DNA of 18,449 nt from Verrucomicrobiota bacterium. GTDB taxonomy: Bacteria > Verrucomicrobiota > Verrucomicrobiia > Limisphaerales > CANJSG01. Both the position numbers and the translations under genes were made by a program. Below, piece after piece: positions 17,407 through 18,449 of this stretch. The stretch spans positions 1 through 18,449 of the forward strand of contig JBBQXJ010000091.1 in assembly GCA_038209745.1 (NCBI GenBank), given 5' to 3'. The number at the start of each line of letters is the position of its first letter. The stretch's first letter is position 1. The notes beneath the pieces are model-generated. The model was not told the DNA's origin, made no database searches, and saw only the letters and a list, made by a program, of their open reading frames with translations.

Positions 17407-17445
17407 GTCATAGATGTCATAGGCATAGGCTACGACATCTATGAC
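17407..17445. repeat. 39-bp hairpin with perfect 12-bp arms
   Basis: GTCATAGATGTC-ATAGGCATAGGCTAC-GACATCTATGAC. Confidence 0.85.
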
Positions 17446-17542
17446 TCGAAGGAGGGTCGGCGGGACCATGCAGGAAACGGATTGCAGCCGACGTCTGTTC
17501 GGATCATGCATCCGTCCGACAAAGCGGAAACGGTCGCAGCCA

Positions 17543-18448
17543 TCACCGAAAGCGAACCGGGCGCCGAGAGTGAAAGAACCTCCCAAGGCGTCCTTGGTTG
17601 ACCGGGACAGCGCCACGAGGCGGGCAAGGCGTTTGGCTGTTCAGTCTGACGTAGGCGAACTTTCCTCCCCCACCGGGAGCGTTCATAAGCCGAGAAGCTG
17701 CTTCCGCATCATTTTCGTTGGCACCCCGCGTGCCTTGGTTGGCGTGTCGAGTTCTATTTTGGCTCGCGGGAATGGTTGGAACCGAATAGCCGGGTCTAGC
17801 AGTGTATGATCGTCCGGTTGAGATCTTGCTAGCTTTGTCCATCAGTTTTGTTTCGACCCTGCGAATAAAGTCTTCGTCACTCATGTTAATCGTATCAGCT
17901 CTGGCTGTAAGACTCACCACCGTCTTTTTCCCGTCTGGCTCGTCAACAATGTGGTCAATTGCCTCATAGCCCGTAGCGTTCGCACCAATAGTTTGCTCGA
18001 AAAGTGGACCTCCATCCACGTCGTAGGAGGCTTGGGTATTTGCCAAAGTCTTCTGAATTGATGATTCGAGAAATCCAAGACCGGCATCGGTTAGAATCAG
18101 CCCAGCCTGTAGTCCAGCCAAAGCGGCTTCAACCTTCCATAGGTTCTGCTGAATTCTCAAAACCGTGAGGCCAACGCGGTAATACGCCGGCGCATATCGG
18201 GTCGCCACATTGATGGCCCGCAAACTGAACTGCATCGCGGCCACCGAGATTGTTTGGATTAAGTCAGCGTTTCCGCTGGGGTCGATCCGGTTGAAGGGAT
18301 CCCCCTGACAATAGAGGTATTTGTGGAGGGACGCCGGGTCGGAGGTGTTGCCCTCGTAGGAGTCCATGGAGAGGAAGCGGCCGGTCTTGGGGAGGTAGTA
18401 GCGGGCGCGGTTGTAGTAGAGGCCGAGGTCGGCGTCCCATTCCTCGCC
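17543..18448 (-). CDS. C-terminal end of an RHS repeat-associated core protein (polymorphic toxin); starts beyond the window
   Basis: GEEWDADLGLYYNRARYYLPKTGRFLSMDSYEG...SLHKYLYCQGDPFNRIDPSGN is the Rhs core with the PxxxxDPxG motif, followed by a ~240-aa variable tip. Confidence 0.93.
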   Translation of the reverse strand, partial: GEEWDADLGLYYNRARYYLPKTGRFLSMDSYEGNTSDPASLHKYLYCQGDPFNRIDPSGNADLIQTISVAAMQFSLRAINVATRYAPAYYRVGLTVLRIQQNLWKVEAALAGLQAGLILTDAGLGFLESSIQKTLANTQASYDVDGGPLFEQTIGANATGYEAIDHIVDEPDGKKTVVSLTARADTINMSDEDFIRRVETKLMDKASKISTGRSYTARPGYSVPTIPASQNRTRHANQGTRGANENDAEAASRLMNAPGGGGKFAYVRLNSQTPCPPRGAVPVNQGRLGRFFHSRRPVRFR

Positions 18449-18449
18449 G

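Noticed and set aside
16663..17445. Integron attC sites or a complete IS element
   Set aside because: No RYYYAAC/GTTRRRY box pairing, no integrase or transposase ORF, and no matching terminal inverted repeat in the window.
17212..17616. 134-aa minus-strand ORF as the Rhs immunity protein
   Set aside because: Overlaps the toxin end, runs through the hairpin, repeat B and the REP-like element, and has atypical composition. Not fully excluded.

Overview
High-GC bacterial chromosomal window. Gene content and protein style suggest Verrucomicrobia, subdivision 3-like (inference). Positions 1-16.2 kb are mostly ordinary genes: the 3' end of an MDR dehydrogenase, Mn-type sodA, nadA, a YacP/Rae1-like NYN RNase coupled to a Pro-rich membrane-anchored protein, two gene remnants, a coupled sugar operon (SSS symporter, ribulokinase, fucose-isomerase-like enzyme, DHDPS-family lyase), batD-batE, a hypothetical gene plus AEC transporter, and a secreted Ig-like protein. 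From 16.66 kb the window is accessory DNA. A cusA/czcA gene is cut off exactly at a palindromic site, whose 28-bp core recurs 669 bp later (25/28 identical). The two copies enclose a 15-unit 21-bp tandem array and a REP-like inverted repeat. Beyond them lie a 39-bp hairpin and the end of an Rhs toxin with a low-GC, PD-(D/E)XK-like tip and no visible immunity gene. No recombinase or transposase is encoded in the window. All family assignments come from motif recognition, not database searches.
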